Below, one piece after another: positions 17,681 through 27,448 of a stretch of DNA of 64,000 nucleotides. The position numbers and the translations under genes were made by a program. The DNA comes from Sedimentisphaerales bacterium (GTDB taxonomy: Bacteria; Planctomycetota; Phycisphaerae; Sedimentisphaerales; Anaerobacaceae): NCBI GenBank assembly GCA_040772485.1, contig JAXGYC010000010.1:64001-128000 (forward strand). The letters are read 5' to 3'. The notes below the pieces were generated by a model. The model was not told the origin of the DNA. It was given only the letters and a program-made list of their open reading frames with translations, and made no database searches. Numbering within the stretch: position 1 is the first letter of the stretch; each line of letters starts with the position of its first letter.

Positions 17681-19894
17681 TCACCTGCCCAGGACCTTAT
17701 CAATCGGCGGTGCGTAGTAGAGGCCGAAGCCAGACAGGGTCGGGCAGACGCGGGAGTTGAGGATTCGCAGGCGAACGCGGCTGGTTGTAACGTCGTCGAA
17801 CCGCAGCAGACGCTTGTAGCCGACGGTGGTGCCGCGAGCGAACTCCTTCCAGTTGCCGCCATCGAGCGCATCGAGAGCGAATTCCTCGATCCGCTGGCCC
17901 ACCGCGATGCACTCGCCCAACTCGGCGACGTTGAAAGTGCGCTCCTTGCCCAGATCGAACTGGACCGTGGCGGCCGTCGTCCAGTCGTCGGTCGTCCAGT
18001 AGGTGTCCTTGTTGCCGTCGGTGATCTTGTCCGCGGCGAAGGCCGGATTGCCGCCTTTGACGTGCGAGGCTTTGGCGGAAACGTTTGCCGCCAGGTTCTC
18101 ACCGAAGATCGCGTCGAGCACCTTGCGAAACTCTCGCAGACGCTGCACGTCGTTCTCGTGGATCAGCCCCCTGCGATCCGGCGGCAGGTTCAGCAGCAGC
18201 ACGCTGTTGTACCCGACGGAACTGAAGTAGATATCGAGCAGTTGCTCGACCGATTTGACCTTGTCGTCCTCTTTGGCGTGGTAGAACCAGCCCGGACGGA
18301 TGGAGACGTCAGTCTCCGCCGGATACCAGATCAGCCGCTCGCCCTCGCCAAGGGCCTCCAGGCTGCCCAAGTCCTTCGCGGTGCAGTTGACCGGCCCGAA
18401 CAGGCTGCCGCTGCCGTTCATCACGCTCCATTCGCTCTCGCGGGCATAGCCTCGCTCGTTGCCGACCCAGCGGATGTCCGGCCCATTGAAGATCACCGCG
18501 CCCGGCTGAAGCTCGCGAACGAGGCCGAAGTAGCCTTGCCAGTCGTATTCCATATCCTTGGCGTCCGGCCCTTTGGCGCCGTCGCACCAGACCTCGGTGA
18601 CCTCGCCGTAATTGGTGAGCAGCTCGCGGAGCTGATTCATGTAGAACCGGTTGTAGCCTTCGTTGTCGCCGTACGTCGGTTCATGCCGGTCCCAAGGTGA
18701 TAGATACAGCCCCAGCTTCAAACCCGCGTCACGGCACGCGGCGGCCAGCTCGCCGACGATGTCCCCTTGGCCGTTCTTATACGGGCTGCTCTTGACCGAA
18801 TGCTCGGTGTAGTTGCTGGGCCACAGACAGAAGCCATCGTGATGCTTGGCGGTCAGGATGATCATCTTCATGCCGGCGTCCTTGCACGTCCGGACCCATT
18901 GGCGGACGTCCAGTTCGCTCGGATTGAAGATGGCCGGGCTCTCCTTGCCGTCGCCCCACTCGCGGTCGGTAAAGGCGTTGACGGTGTAGTGAATGAACCC
19001 GATGAACTCCAGTTGCTGCCAGGCAAGCTGCTGGGGCGAAGGTCTCACGTTGGCCGCCGGGGCAATCAGCGCCTTGCGTTTGAAGTGCTCGACCGCCTGG
19101 GGTTCGCCCACCACGTCGTACACGCGAACGTAATCGACGACGAAATGGTCGGGCAGTTTGGCCTGGGCGATGTCCCCTCCCCACTCGCCGATCTCTTCGG
19201 TCAGCTTCGCATATTCGGGGACCTGCGAGACGCCCCCGCCGCTGGTGCGCCAGGTTTCCTGTCCGTTGACGTAGAAGACGTACTCCTGCGGCGTCCAATA
19301 CAGGCCGAACGTGTGGAAGCCTTCGCTCATGCCCGGGACGGTAAGCGTGGTCCCAACGTGCTGATGCTCTTTGCCATAGCCGTCCCAGTGCAGGTTCTGC
19401 GTGGTTCGGTCCTCGCGCCAGGGCTTTTCCATGATGTCGATCTCGGTACCGTCGCGGCCACCGTCGCCGATCTTGTTCACGGTGTCGCAGTGGAGCCAGA
19501 AGGCGGGCCAGTGTCCCGGCTGGGTCGGGAACTTGCAGCGGCAGACCCAGTAGCCGTAGCGGTGCTCGAATTTGCCTCGCGTACGGACGGCGCCGCAGGT
19601 GTACCGGTCCCCATCCTTCTTCGTTCGCAGGACCAGATGGCCCTGGCCGTCGACGTAGGAATCCTCCTTGACCCAGAAGCCATCCCGCCGCTTCCAGTCG
19701 CCCATCACGTCCCACTTCGACTGATCCACTTGCGTGCCGTCGAATTCATCGCTCCAGGCGAGCTTCCACTGCTGGCCCGCCGGAAGCGGAGGGAGAAACT
19801 CGTCACTTGCTTGCGCCGAGCCAGCGAGAATCACAACCACCAGAAGGACGGACAAAAAAACGAGGCGGTCAGGACGACGGGGCGGAAGAGTCAT
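17681..19894 (-). CDS. Secreted GH16 + GH29 alpha-L-fucosidase + F5/8 type C (CBM32-like) fusion
   Basis: GH16: 'WSDEFDG', 'WPAFW', 'EIDIME', 'VDYVRVY'. GH29: 'LTAKHHDGFCLWPS', 'YLSPWDRH', 'EVWCDGA', 'IRWVGNE'. C-terminal 'DGNKDTYW...FDLGKERTFN'. Confidence 0.9.
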   Translation of the reverse strand: MTLPPRRPDRLVFLSVLLVVVILAGSAQASDEFLPPLPAGQQWKLAWSDEFDGTQVDQSKWDVMGDWKRRDGFWVKEDSYVDGQGHLVLRTKKDGDRYTCGAVRTRGKFEHRYGYWVCRCKFPTQPGHWPAFWLHCDTVNKIGDGGRDGTEIDIMEKPWREDRTTQNLHWDGYGKEHQHVGTTLTVPGMSEGFHTFGLYWTPQEYVFYVNGQETWRTSGGGVSQVPEYAKLTEEIGEWGGDIAQAKLPDHFVVDYVRVYDVVGEPQAVEHFKRKALIAPAANVRPSPQQLAWQQLEFIGFIHYTVNAFTDREWGDGKESPAIFNPSELDVRQWVRTCKDAGMKMIILTAKHHDGFCLWPSNYTEHSVKSSPYKNGQGDIVGELAAACRDAGLKLGLYLSPWDRHEPTYGDNEGYNRFYMNQLRELLTNYGEVTEVWCDGAKGPDAKDMEYDWQGYFGLVRELQPGAVIFNGPDIRWVGNERGYARESEWSVMNGSGSLFGPVNCTAKDLGSLEALGEGERLIWYPAETDVSIRPGWFYHAKEDDKVKSVEQLLDIYFSSVGYNSVLLLNLPPDRRGLIHENDVQRLREFRKVLDAIFGENLAANVSAKASHVKGGNPAFAADKITDGNKDTYWTTDDWTTAATVQFDLGKERTFNVAELGECIAVGQRIEEFALDALDGGNWKEFARGTTVGYKRLLRFDDVTTSRVRLRILNSRVCPTLSGFGLYYAPPIDKVLGR

Positions 19895-20510
19895 GATGTG
19901 TTCCTTCTTGTTTGTACTGCCTCCAACTGGGCCGTCGCGTCGCGAGGAAGCCGGAGACGATGGTAGCGACGAGCATGGCGACGAATGTCAATGAGGTGAA
20001 CCAGTAACCCCAGGTCTGATCCGGCACGTGCGCCATCTTGATCAGAACGGTGCCAATGGCAAAGGACTGCAGCAGCATTTTGAGCTTGCCCGAGCGAGTG
20101 GCCGCGAAGTTGATTCCCTTGGCTTCCGCCACTTGTCGCAGAATCGTGACATACGCCTCTCTGGCCGCGAGAACAGCAACGACCAGCCAGTGAATCCCGG
20201 CCAGCGTTTCGGCCGACCAGCCGAACAGCTTGGGCTCCCCGATCACGGCAAAGCAAACGAACGTCCCGACCACCAGAACCTTATCGACCAGCGGGTCCAC
20301 CATGCGCCCGAACTTGCTGGTGGCGTTGAAACGGCGCGCCACGATGCCGTCGACGACGTCGGTCAGGCCTGCGACGACGAACAGAACGAAGGCCCCATCG
20401 AGAAACGCCGTGCGATGTTCGACCTGCGGGCTGTAGAGGATCATCACGAGGAAGATGATGGACAGGCCGAGGCGTGCAAAGGTCAGAATGTTCGGGACAT
20501 GTTTCAGCAT
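19869..20510 (-). CDS. pgsA: CDP-diacylglycerol--glycerol-3-phosphate 3-phosphatidyltransferase
   Basis: 'PNILTFARL', CDP-alcohol motif 'TDVVDGIVARRFNATSKFGRMVDPLVDK', 'GKLKMLLQ'. Confidence 0.9.
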   Translation of the reverse strand: MLKHVPNILTFARLGLSIIFLVMILYSPQVEHRTAFLDGAFVLFVVAGLTDVVDGIVARRFNATSKFGRMVDPLVDKVLVVGTFVCFAVIGEPKLFGWSAETLAGIHWLVVAVLAAREAYVTILRQVAEAKGINFAATRSGKLKMLLQSFAIGTVLIKMAHVPDQTWGYWFTSLTFVAMLVATIVSGFLATRRPSWRQYKQEGTHHDSSAPSS

Positions 20511-20542
20511 AACGGCAAGTTTACTGGAGCCGATGGCTCGCT

Positions 20543-21892
20543 TCAACAGCAAATTTGCTCGACGAGCAGATCGTAGTCCCTGACCCCGACGACGTCCGCA
20601 TCGGCGTAGCTTCCGGGGCCGGCCATGCAGTTCGTCACGACGCAGATCGAGTCGATGTCGGGCGCCTGTCCGTAGAAGCGGCCGTAGCCGATCCCCTGCG
20701 GATCGACCGAATCGATCAGACATTTCAGACGCTGGCCCACGCGTGCCCGGTTCTTCGCGAAGGCGATCTCCTGCTGCGCCAGCATGAGAGCGTCGAGCCG
20801 GTCCTGTTTGACGTCGTCGGGAATCTGGTCGGGGAACTGGGCCGCCGGCGTACCGGTTTCCGGAAAGAACGTGAACGCCCCCAGGGCATCGAACTGCGCC
20901 CACCGGATAAACTCAAGCAGGTCGGAGAAATCCCCGTCGGTCTCGCCAGAGAAGCCCACAATCACCGTCGTCCGCAGGACGATGTCGGGGATCGCCGCGC
21001 GAAGACGCTCGATCATGGTTCGCAGTCCGTCCGACGTGTCCGGACGTCTCATCGCGCGGAGGATCTTGTCGCTGGCGTGTTGAATGGGGATGTCCAGATA
21101 GTGCAACACCTTGTCACTGCGAGCGATCGCATCGATCAGACTCACCGTGATGCCCCTGGGGTAGGCGTACAACAGCCGAATCCAGGCAAGGTCCGCAATC
21201 GTTTCCATCTCGCCCAGCAGGTGTGCGAGACCGTCGGCCATCTTCAGGTCGCGCCCATAGATGGTCGTGTCCTGCCCGATAAGGTTCAGCTCCACCGCCC
21301 CCGAGGAGACCAACTCCCTCGCCTCCTCCAGAACCAATTCCGGGGGCTTGCTGCGAAACGGCCCGCGAATGGCGGGGATCGTGCAAAAAGAACAGCGGTG
21401 GTCGCACCCTTCGCTGATGCGAAGATAGGCAGAATGGGCCGGCCCGATCCGCAGGCGAACCCGGTCGTCGGTCGGGACCGGAAACGTCCGGTCGCTATAG
21501 ATGCCGGGCTCGCCGGGAGACAACGTGCGCCGAATGATCTGGACGATGCTGTCCCTCTGACCCAGCCCGACGACGGCGTCGACGCCCTCGGCTTCATTGA
21601 GAAGCTGCGCGCCCAGCCTCTGCGCCAGGCAGCCGGCGACAACCACCTTCTGAACGCGGCCACTTCGTTTGTCCGCCGCCGCCTGTGCTATGGCGTCGAG
21701 CGACTCGACCTTCGCCGGCTCGATGAAGCCGCACGTGTTGATGATGACCACATCCGCCTGCGAAGGGTCGGCCGCGATCAGGAAGCCGGCCTCCACGATC
21801 TGAGCGAGCATCCTCTCGCTGTCCACCACGTTTTTCGGACAGCCCAATGCGACAAATCCGACCGTGACCTTCTTCTTTCTGCTCTTCGTCAT
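20543..21892 (-). CDS. rimO: Ribosomal protein S12 methylthiotransferase
   Basis: 'LGCPKNVVDSE', 'NTCGFIEPAKVES', CDHRCSFC radical SAM motif, 'QAPDIDS' TRAM end. Confidence 0.95.
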   Translation of the reverse strand: MTKSRKKKVTVGFVALGCPKNVVDSERMLAQIVEAGFLIAADPSQADVVIINTCGFIEPAKVESLDAIAQAAADKRSGRVQKVVVAGCLAQRLGAQLLNEAEGVDAVVGLGQRDSIVQIIRRTLSPGEPGIYSDRTFPVPTDDRVRLRIGPAHSAYLRISEGCDHRCSFCTIPAIRGPFRSKPPELVLEEARELVSSGAVELNLIGQDTTIYGRDLKMADGLAHLLGEMETIADLAWIRLLYAYPRGITVSLIDAIARSDKVLHYLDIPIQHASDKILRAMRRPDTSDGLRTMIERLRAAIPDIVLRTTVIVGFSGETDGDFSDLLEFIRWAQFDALGAFTFFPETGTPAAQFPDQIPDDVKQDRLDALMLAQQEIAFAKNRARVGQRLKCLIDSVDPQGIGYGRFYGQAPDIDSICVVTNCMAGPGSYADADVVGVRDYDLLVEQICC

Positions 21893-21987
21893 GGAGCGTA
21901 CTGATACGCCAAGCGGCGGCGTTTGTCCATTCTTTTAAGTTGGGCAAGATGAAAACCCCCATTTTGGTTAATCCTTTCAAATTGCCC

Positions 21988-22015
21988 TTGACGATAAACT
22001 CTGTGGCAATAGAAT
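21988..22015 (+). promoter_or_regulatory. Putative sigma70 promoter for the secretin gene
   Basis: TTGACG-N16-TAGAAT in an AT-rich divergent intergenic region. Confidence 0.5.
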
Positions 22016-22103
22016 ATCGATAGCTGGCGTCTACCTGCACAGGAGGACATTGCAAGGGTAGATCTACATGGATGTGGGGCCGTAGGTAGAAGCGACAGGT
22101 GTT

Positions 22104-23846
22104 ATGCGAATGACTGATGCCAAACACAAAATCAGCCACAACAGGGAGTTACTGTTCGTGGCTTTTCTCGTTTTAGGCACCGTCGTTCTCCCGGGTTGTC
22201 ACGACTGGCCGGATGAGAGGGGCACCGCAATCGAGGCCCAGAACATCCTGCGAGACATCGGCAGGGTCAACGCCGTCGCCGATCCCAACATTCCGCGACC
22301 GGCCGTCTATCAGTCCCCTCCGAAGAAAATCAAACAGGTCGTCGGCGGCGCCGAAGAGTGGAAACTGGTCTACTTCTGCCGGTACCACACCGCCGAGAAC
22401 ATGAAGCAGATCATCCACGAGCAGTTCGCCACTCAGTTGTTCAACCAGAAGGGCCAGTCCACAACCATACAGGATTACACCGTCACGGCCAATCCCGCTA
22501 CGAATCAGCTCATCGTGCGCTGCCCGCTGGAATCGGACATCGATTCGGTGCTCGAAATCATCAAGGAAACGGATATCCCGCCGATCCAGGTGAAGATCGA
22601 ATGCCTGGTGTCGGAGCTGTACGCGGATCTGACCGTCGACCGCGAAACGTCCGTCATGATCCAGAATCTGTTCGGGGAGATGGCGATCGGCGGCGAACCG
22701 ACGAACGAATACCTCGCCTTTCCCGGGGCGGCGCTTCGTGATCCGGCCAGACAGAAGTTCGGCCTGAAGGTCGGCGTCGATCAGGGCGAGGAAGGGCACA
22801 GGATCATGGCTCTCGTCGACATCCTGGTCTCGCGAGGCTACCTGAAGATCCTCATGAACCCCACGCTGGAGGTCGTCAACGGTCAGTCTGCGAAGATCCA
22901 GTCCAAGCAGCATCTGCCGCTCCAGCAGGTGACCGTCCAGAGCGGAGGGTTCGGAGGGACACCCGTCCTGCGGACCCAGACGGAGTACTATGACATCATA
23001 GACCAACTGGAGATCACGCCGCACGTTTACGCAGACGGTTACATCGGATTGGAGACGCAGGTCCAGATCGCCGCACACATGACCCCCGAAGGCATCAGCC
23101 AGATGCCCATCGTGACGGAGCGGACGATCACGAACAAGGACAACCGCATTCGGATCGGCGAGAGCCTGATCATCGGCGGTATCCGCAAGAGCGAGAAGCG
23201 CGACGTCATTCGCGGCGTGCCGATCCTCAAGGACATCCCGGGCCTGAACCTTCTGTTCTCCGGCCGGGACTTCGAGGAACGGGCCACCGAGGTCATCTTC
23301 ATCCTGACCCCGACCATCTCGACCGGCGGAAAACCCAACGAGGATATCGTCAACTTGATGCAGGAGCGGCATTCGTCGCCAATGACCCAGGCCCTGCACG
23401 AAGCCGTGATGGACCCGCTCGGGATCAAGGCCCGTGAGCAAGAGCAGGAACGTAAGGTCGAGGCCGCCTACGAAGCGCAGATGCAATCGGAGGCCGAGAA
23501 GAACGCCGCCCGTCTGGAAGCGATGGAGACGGGTCAGCAGATCCAGGACCTGAGCGCCGAACTGCAGGAAGCCAAGGCGCAGGTCGAACAGGCCAGCACG
23601 AAGGCCGATCAGGCGGCTTCGGCGGCCGAAGCGGCCAAGGCGCAGGCCGAACAGGCCACCGCGGAGGCCCAGCAGGCCAAGACGGAGGCCGAGAAGGCCA
23701 AGGCGCAGGCCGAACAGGCCGGCAAGAACGCCGCCGAACAGACCGAACAGAAGGCCACGCCGCAGGAGCCGCCGCCGGCCGGCCAGAGCCAGGAGCCGGC
23801 ACCGCAACAGGGAGCGCCACAGGGACCACCGCAGGAGGCGAAATAG
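22104..23846 (+). CDS. Secretin (GspD/PilQ-like) lipoprotein with long C-terminal coiled coil
   Basis: Lipobox-like 'VLPGC'; N3 domain 'ANPATNQLIVR'; secretin motifs 'PTLEVVNGQSAKI', 'LEITPHV', 'GESLIIGG', 'GVPILKDIPGLNLLF', 'EVIFILTP'. Confidence 0.88.
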   Translation: MRMTDAKHKISHNRELLFVAFLVLGTVVLPGCHDWPDERGTAIEAQNILRDIGRVNAVADPNIPRPAVYQSPPKKIKQVVGGAEEWKLVYFCRYHTAENMKQIIHEQFATQLFNQKGQSTTIQDYTVTANPATNQLIVRCPLESDIDSVLEIIKETDIPPIQVKIECLVSELYADLTVDRETSVMIQNLFGEMAIGGEPTNEYLAFPGAALRDPARQKFGLKVGVDQGEEGHRIMALVDILVSRGYLKILMNPTLEVVNGQSAKIQSKQHLPLQQVTVQSGGFGGTPVLRTQTEYYDIIDQLEITPHVYADGYIGLETQVQIAAHMTPEGISQMPIVTERTITNKDNRIRIGESLIIGGIRKSEKRDVIRGVPILKDIPGLNLLFSGRDFEERATEVIFILTPTISTGGKPNEDIVNLMQERHSSPMTQALHEAVMDPLGIKAREQEQERKVEAAYEAQMQSEAEKNAARLEAMETGQQIQDLSAELQEAKAQVEQASTKADQAASAAEAAKAQAEQATAEAQQAKTEAEKAKAQAEQAGKNAAEQTEQKATPQEPPPAGQSQEPAPQQGAPQGPPQEAK

Positions 23847-23984
23847 CAGCAGGAGGCGGACAGGACCGTGCCCGTGGCACTGCGCGGAGTGCCCAAGTCC
23901 GGTCGTTTGTCCTGCAAGTATTGCCGTACCTCAATTGCGTGTAGCTCAGGAACTCGCACACTGACCTTTCTGGAGGGACAGTAG

Positions 23985-24443
23985 ATGGACAACTTGGGCA
24001 ACAACAGCACCCCTGGCAATAACGTCGAGAAACCCATCCCCTTTGACAACGGCGAGAAGCCGATGCCGCCCGGAAATCCGGCGCCAGCCCCAAGCGTCTC
24101 TCGCGCCCCCTTGAATCTGGGCGGAGCGGGCAAGCCTGCGGCGGCCCCACCGACGCCGGTCGCAACGCCGGCACCGGCGCCAGCACCGGCGCCGCGTCCC
24201 GCTGCTCCTGTGCCCGTCCGCAGGACCGTTCCCGAGGCCCCCGTCCCTTCCGGCGGGAGGATCACAGGCGTCAAGACCTTCTTCACCAAGCTGCACCCAG
24301 GTGCGCTGGAGTTCATGGACGAGCAGATCGGTGGATGGCTCAAGGAGCATCCGGAGATCCATATCAAGCACACCAACATCACCACCGGCGAGGTCCAGGC
24401 CAAGAAGACCGAGCCCAACATCATCATTACCTTGTGGTATTGA
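23985..24443 (+). CDS. Hypothetical protein: Pro/Ala-rich N-terminus plus small globular C-terminal domain
   Basis: GGAGG RBS; C-terminal 'RITGVKTFFTKLH...DEQIGGWLKEHPEI...IIITLWY'. Confidence 0.8.
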   Translation: MDNLGNNSTPGNNVEKPIPFDNGEKPMPPGNPAPAPSVSRAPLNLGGAGKPAAAPPTPVATPAPAPAPAPRPAAPVPVRRTVPEAPVPSGGRITGVKTFFTKLHPGALEFMDEQIGGWLKEHPEIHIKHTNITTGEVQAKKTEPNIIITLWY

Positions 24444-24619
24444 GCGTTCTCTTAGCGGTGGAGGGCAGATTCCTCGGTCCTCGGGGCTGCTGAAGGGCGA
24501 GGCAGCCGTCGAGCATACCCCCAGGAGCATCCGTTCGCCCTTCGGCCGGTGACGGAGGTCGCCCGGCCGACCCGCTGGTGGTGTACACCCGATTTCGGCA
24601 AAATTCTCGCCACAAAAAC

Positions 24620-24648
24620 TTGACACCGCCGCAAAATTCCATTAAGTT
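24620..24648 (+). promoter_or_regulatory. Putative sigma70 promoter of rpsB-tsf
   Basis: TTGACA-N17-TAAGTT with A-rich upstream sequence. Confidence 0.6.
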
Positions 24649-24710
24649 TTTGGGATTTAGCAGTTTGCGTGCCCCATGTGAGATCAGTCAGAGGCAGTTT
24701 GGAGGTTTTT

Positions 24711-25595
24711 GTGGCTAAACAGTTGGCGCGGGAGCTCATCAACGCAGGAGTGCATTTCGGGCACGGTGTGAGTCGATGGAACCCGAAAATGGCCCCCTAT
24801 ATCTTCGCAAAAAGGGGAACCATTCACATCATCGACGTCAAGAAAACACTCAAGGGCGTATTGGTGGCCAAGAAACTGCTGGCGGAGATTGTCGCCTCCG
24901 GCAGCGACGTGGTCTTCGTCGGGACGAAACGGCAGGCCCAGAAGGCTGTTGAAGCCGCAGCCAAGCGATGCGGAATGCACTACGTATCGGAGCGATGGCT
25001 CGGTGGAATGCTGACGAACTTCCGCACCATCCGCTCCCGCCTCCAGCGTCTGGAGCAGCTTGAAGCGATGGAGCAGGACGGCTCGCTGGAAGCCGAAAGC
25101 AAGAAGCAGGCGTCCCGTCTCAAGCGGGAGATGCGAAAGATCCGCACCAACCTCGACGGCGTGCGGAAAATGTCGCGTCTGCCCGGGGCCATCGTCGTCG
25201 TCGACGCCAAGAAAGAGTACCTGGCGCTGCGCGAGGCCGCCAAACTGGGCATTCCGACGGCCGGCGTCCTCGACACGGACTCCGATCCCGACACCGTGGA
25301 CGTCGCCATTCCCGCCAACGACGATTCGATCCGCGCCGTCGAAATCATCCTGAACGAGCTGGCTGACGCGGTCGCCGTCGGCAAAACGATGGTTTCGGTC
25401 CGTCAGCAGGAATCGGTCGAGCCGCGTCCACGACGGGCGCGTCCGAGCCGTCGCCCGGCCATGGGCCGCGCGGACGGAGCGCCGGCGTCCGGCGCCGCGG
25501 CGGTGGACGAACCTGCCGGCGACGCGGAGCCTGCAGCAGACTCCGACAGCGGCGCTGGGCAACACGAACCTGTCCAGCCCAGCCCCGGCGTGTAG
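24711..25595 (+). CDS. rpsB: 30S ribosomal protein S2
   Basis: 'AGVHFGH', 'WNPKMAPYIF', 'RWLGGMLTNF', 'IPANDDSIRA'. GTG start after GGAGG. Confidence 0.98.
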   Translation: MAKQLARELINAGVHFGHGVSRWNPKMAPYIFAKRGTIHIIDVKKTLKGVLVAKKLLAEIVASGSDVVFVGTKRQAQKAVEAAAKRCGMHYVSERWLGGMLTNFRTIRSRLQRLEQLEAMEQDGSLEAESKKQASRLKREMRKIRTNLDGVRKMSRLPGAIVVVDAKKEYLALREAAKLGIPTAGVLDTDSDPDTVDVAIPANDDSIRAVEIILNELADAVAVGKTMVSVRQQESVEPRPRRARPSRRPAMGRADGAPASGAAAVDEPAGDAEPAADSDSGAGQHEPVQPSPGV

Positions 25596-25743
25596 CAACG
25601 GGCCTCGGGGCCTCCAGGACAAGCGCAGCAGCGGCACAGATGGATGTTCGGCACGCCTCGGCGGAGGACTGGATGGGTGCAGACGCATCAACCTCTTCCG
25701 CGATTTGTGAACCTTTGAAAAGAGCAAAACAGGAGTCGATCAA

Positions 25744-26610
25744 ATGGCAGAGATCTCAGCTTCGGCCGTCATGAAACTTCGCAACAGATCCGGCCAGGGC
25801 ATGATGGACTGCAAGAAAGCCTTGCAGGAAGCAGCCGGCGACGTCGATCGGGCGATGGAGATTCTCCGTAAGAAGGGGTTGGCCACGCTGGCCAAGAGAG
25901 CCGAGCGTGAGACCTCGAACGGCTTGGTCGTCTCCAGGATGGCCGACGGGGGGCGGACCGGCGTTCTCGTCTCCTTGTGCTGCGAGACCGACTTCGTCGC
26001 CAAGGGCACGGACTTCGTGACCGCCGCCAACCTGCTGGCCGAGTACGCACTGGTCTGCCCCGCCGACGAGGGCACCGACGCCCTGCTGCACACCACCAAG
26101 GACGGCAGAGCCTTCAACGACATCCTGACCGAGATCGTCAGTAAGACCGGGGAGAAGACAGCGGTCGGCGATTACGCGCGTTTCAAGCTCGACGGCCCCG
26201 GACTCCTGACGACCTATATCCATTTCAACAGCAAAGTCGGCACGATGGTCCAGATCGACGTCAGCGACCCGAAGGTCGCGCAGGCCGAGGGCGTCCAACG
26301 GGCCATGATGGACATCGCGATGCACATCACCGCCAGCAAGCCGCTGGCGTTGGACAAGAGCGGGATCGATCCGAAGGTAATCGAGCAGGAAAGAGCCGTC
26401 TACGCCGAACAGGTCAAGAACAAACCGGCGGAGATCGTCGACCGGATCGTCGACGGCAAGATGGGCAAGTTCTTCGCCGAGAACTGTCTGCTCGAGCAGC
26501 CGTTCGTCAAAGACGACAGCAAGACCGTTCGGCAGGTGCTCGCGGAGGCCGCCAAGGCCGCCGGCGGCACCGCCACGATCAAGCGTTTCGCCCGATTCGA
26601 GGTTGGGTGA
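25744..26610 (+). CDS. tsf: Translation elongation factor Ts
   Basis: 'GMMDCKKAL', 'ETDFVAK', 'DIAMHI', 'LLEQPFVKD'. Confidence 0.98.
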   Translation: MAEISASAVMKLRNRSGQGMMDCKKALQEAAGDVDRAMEILRKKGLATLAKRAERETSNGLVVSRMADGGRTGVLVSLCCETDFVAKGTDFVTAANLLAEYALVCPADEGTDALLHTTKDGRAFNDILTEIVSKTGEKTAVGDYARFKLDGPGLLTTYIHFNSKVGTMVQIDVSDPKVAQAEGVQRAMMDIAMHITASKPLALDKSGIDPKVIEQERAVYAEQVKNKPAEIVDRIVDGKMGKFFAENCLLEQPFVKDDSKTVRQVLAEAAKAAGGTATIKRFARFEVG

Positions 26611-26682
26611 TTGCCGCCGCGAGCTGCTCTTGTGGCGTCGATCGCGGACGGGACGCAGACCACGGAAGGACCGGCTGAAGTG

Positions 26683-27405
26683 ATGGGAGAATGTCAGTAC
26701 AAGCGCGTGCTGCTCAAGCTTTCCGGCGAGAGTTTCTGCGAGCCGGGTGAATTCGGCATCAACGGAGCCTCTCTGGAGTCGGTCGCCCAGCGAATCGCCG
26801 AGATCGGCCGGCTGGGCCCCCAGGTCGCGGTCGTCGTCGGCGCCGGCAACATCCTGCGGGGAGAGACCTTTTCACGCACCAGCCATATCCCCCGGAACAC
26901 GGCCGACTACATGGGGATGCTGGCCACGATCATCAACGCCTGCGCCCTTCAGGAGACGCTGGAGAAGCTGGGTCAACCGACGCGCGTCATGAGCGCGATC
27001 GAGGTGGCGGCCATGTGCGAGCCGTTCATCCGGCGGCGGGCCCTGCACCATCTGGAGCGAGGCCGGGTGACCATCCTGGCCGGCGGGACGGGCAACCCCT
27101 TCTTTACCACCGACACGTGTGCGGCCCTGCGGGCCTCCGAGCTGGACGTGAACCTGCTCATCAAGGCGACCAAGGTCGACGGAGTCTACAGCGCCGACCC
27201 GAAAAAGGATCCCGGTGCGAAGCTCTTCGATCGCATCTCGTACGACGAGGTCTTGCAGCGGGGTTTGCGCATCATGGACCACGCCGCGATCAGTCTGTGC
27301 CAGGAAAACGGAATCCCCATCACGGTTCTGAACATCTTCAAGAAGGGCAATATCGCCAAAGCCATCTGCGGCGAATCGGTCGGCACCGTCATTGGGCCGG
27401 CCTGA
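26683..27405 (+). CDS. pyrH: UMP kinase
   Basis: 'YKRVLLKLSGE', 'DYMGMLATIIN', 'GTGNPFFTTD', 'TKVDGVYSADP'. Confidence 0.97.
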   Translation: MGECQYKRVLLKLSGESFCEPGEFGINGASLESVAQRIAEIGRLGPQVAVVVGAGNILRGETFSRTSHIPRNTADYMGMLATIINACALQETLEKLGQPTRVMSAIEVAAMCEPFIRRRALHHLERGRVTILAGGTGNPFFTTDTCAALRASELDVNLLIKATKVDGVYSADPKKDPGAKLFDRISYDEVLQRGLRIMDHAAISLCQENGIPITVLNIFKKGNIAKAICGESVGTVIGPA

Positions 27406-27448
27406 AACGACGGTTGGTTTGACGGGATCCATAACAGAGAGGTAAGCC

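Noticed and set aside
21893..22103. AT-rich stretch as a replication origin
   Set aside because: No DnaA boxes seen; adequately explained as the divergent rimO/secretin promoter region.
23571..23720. 63-nt periodic DNA repeat as a CRISPR or mobile repeat
   Set aside because: In frame within the secretin tail; explained by a coiled-coil protein repeat.
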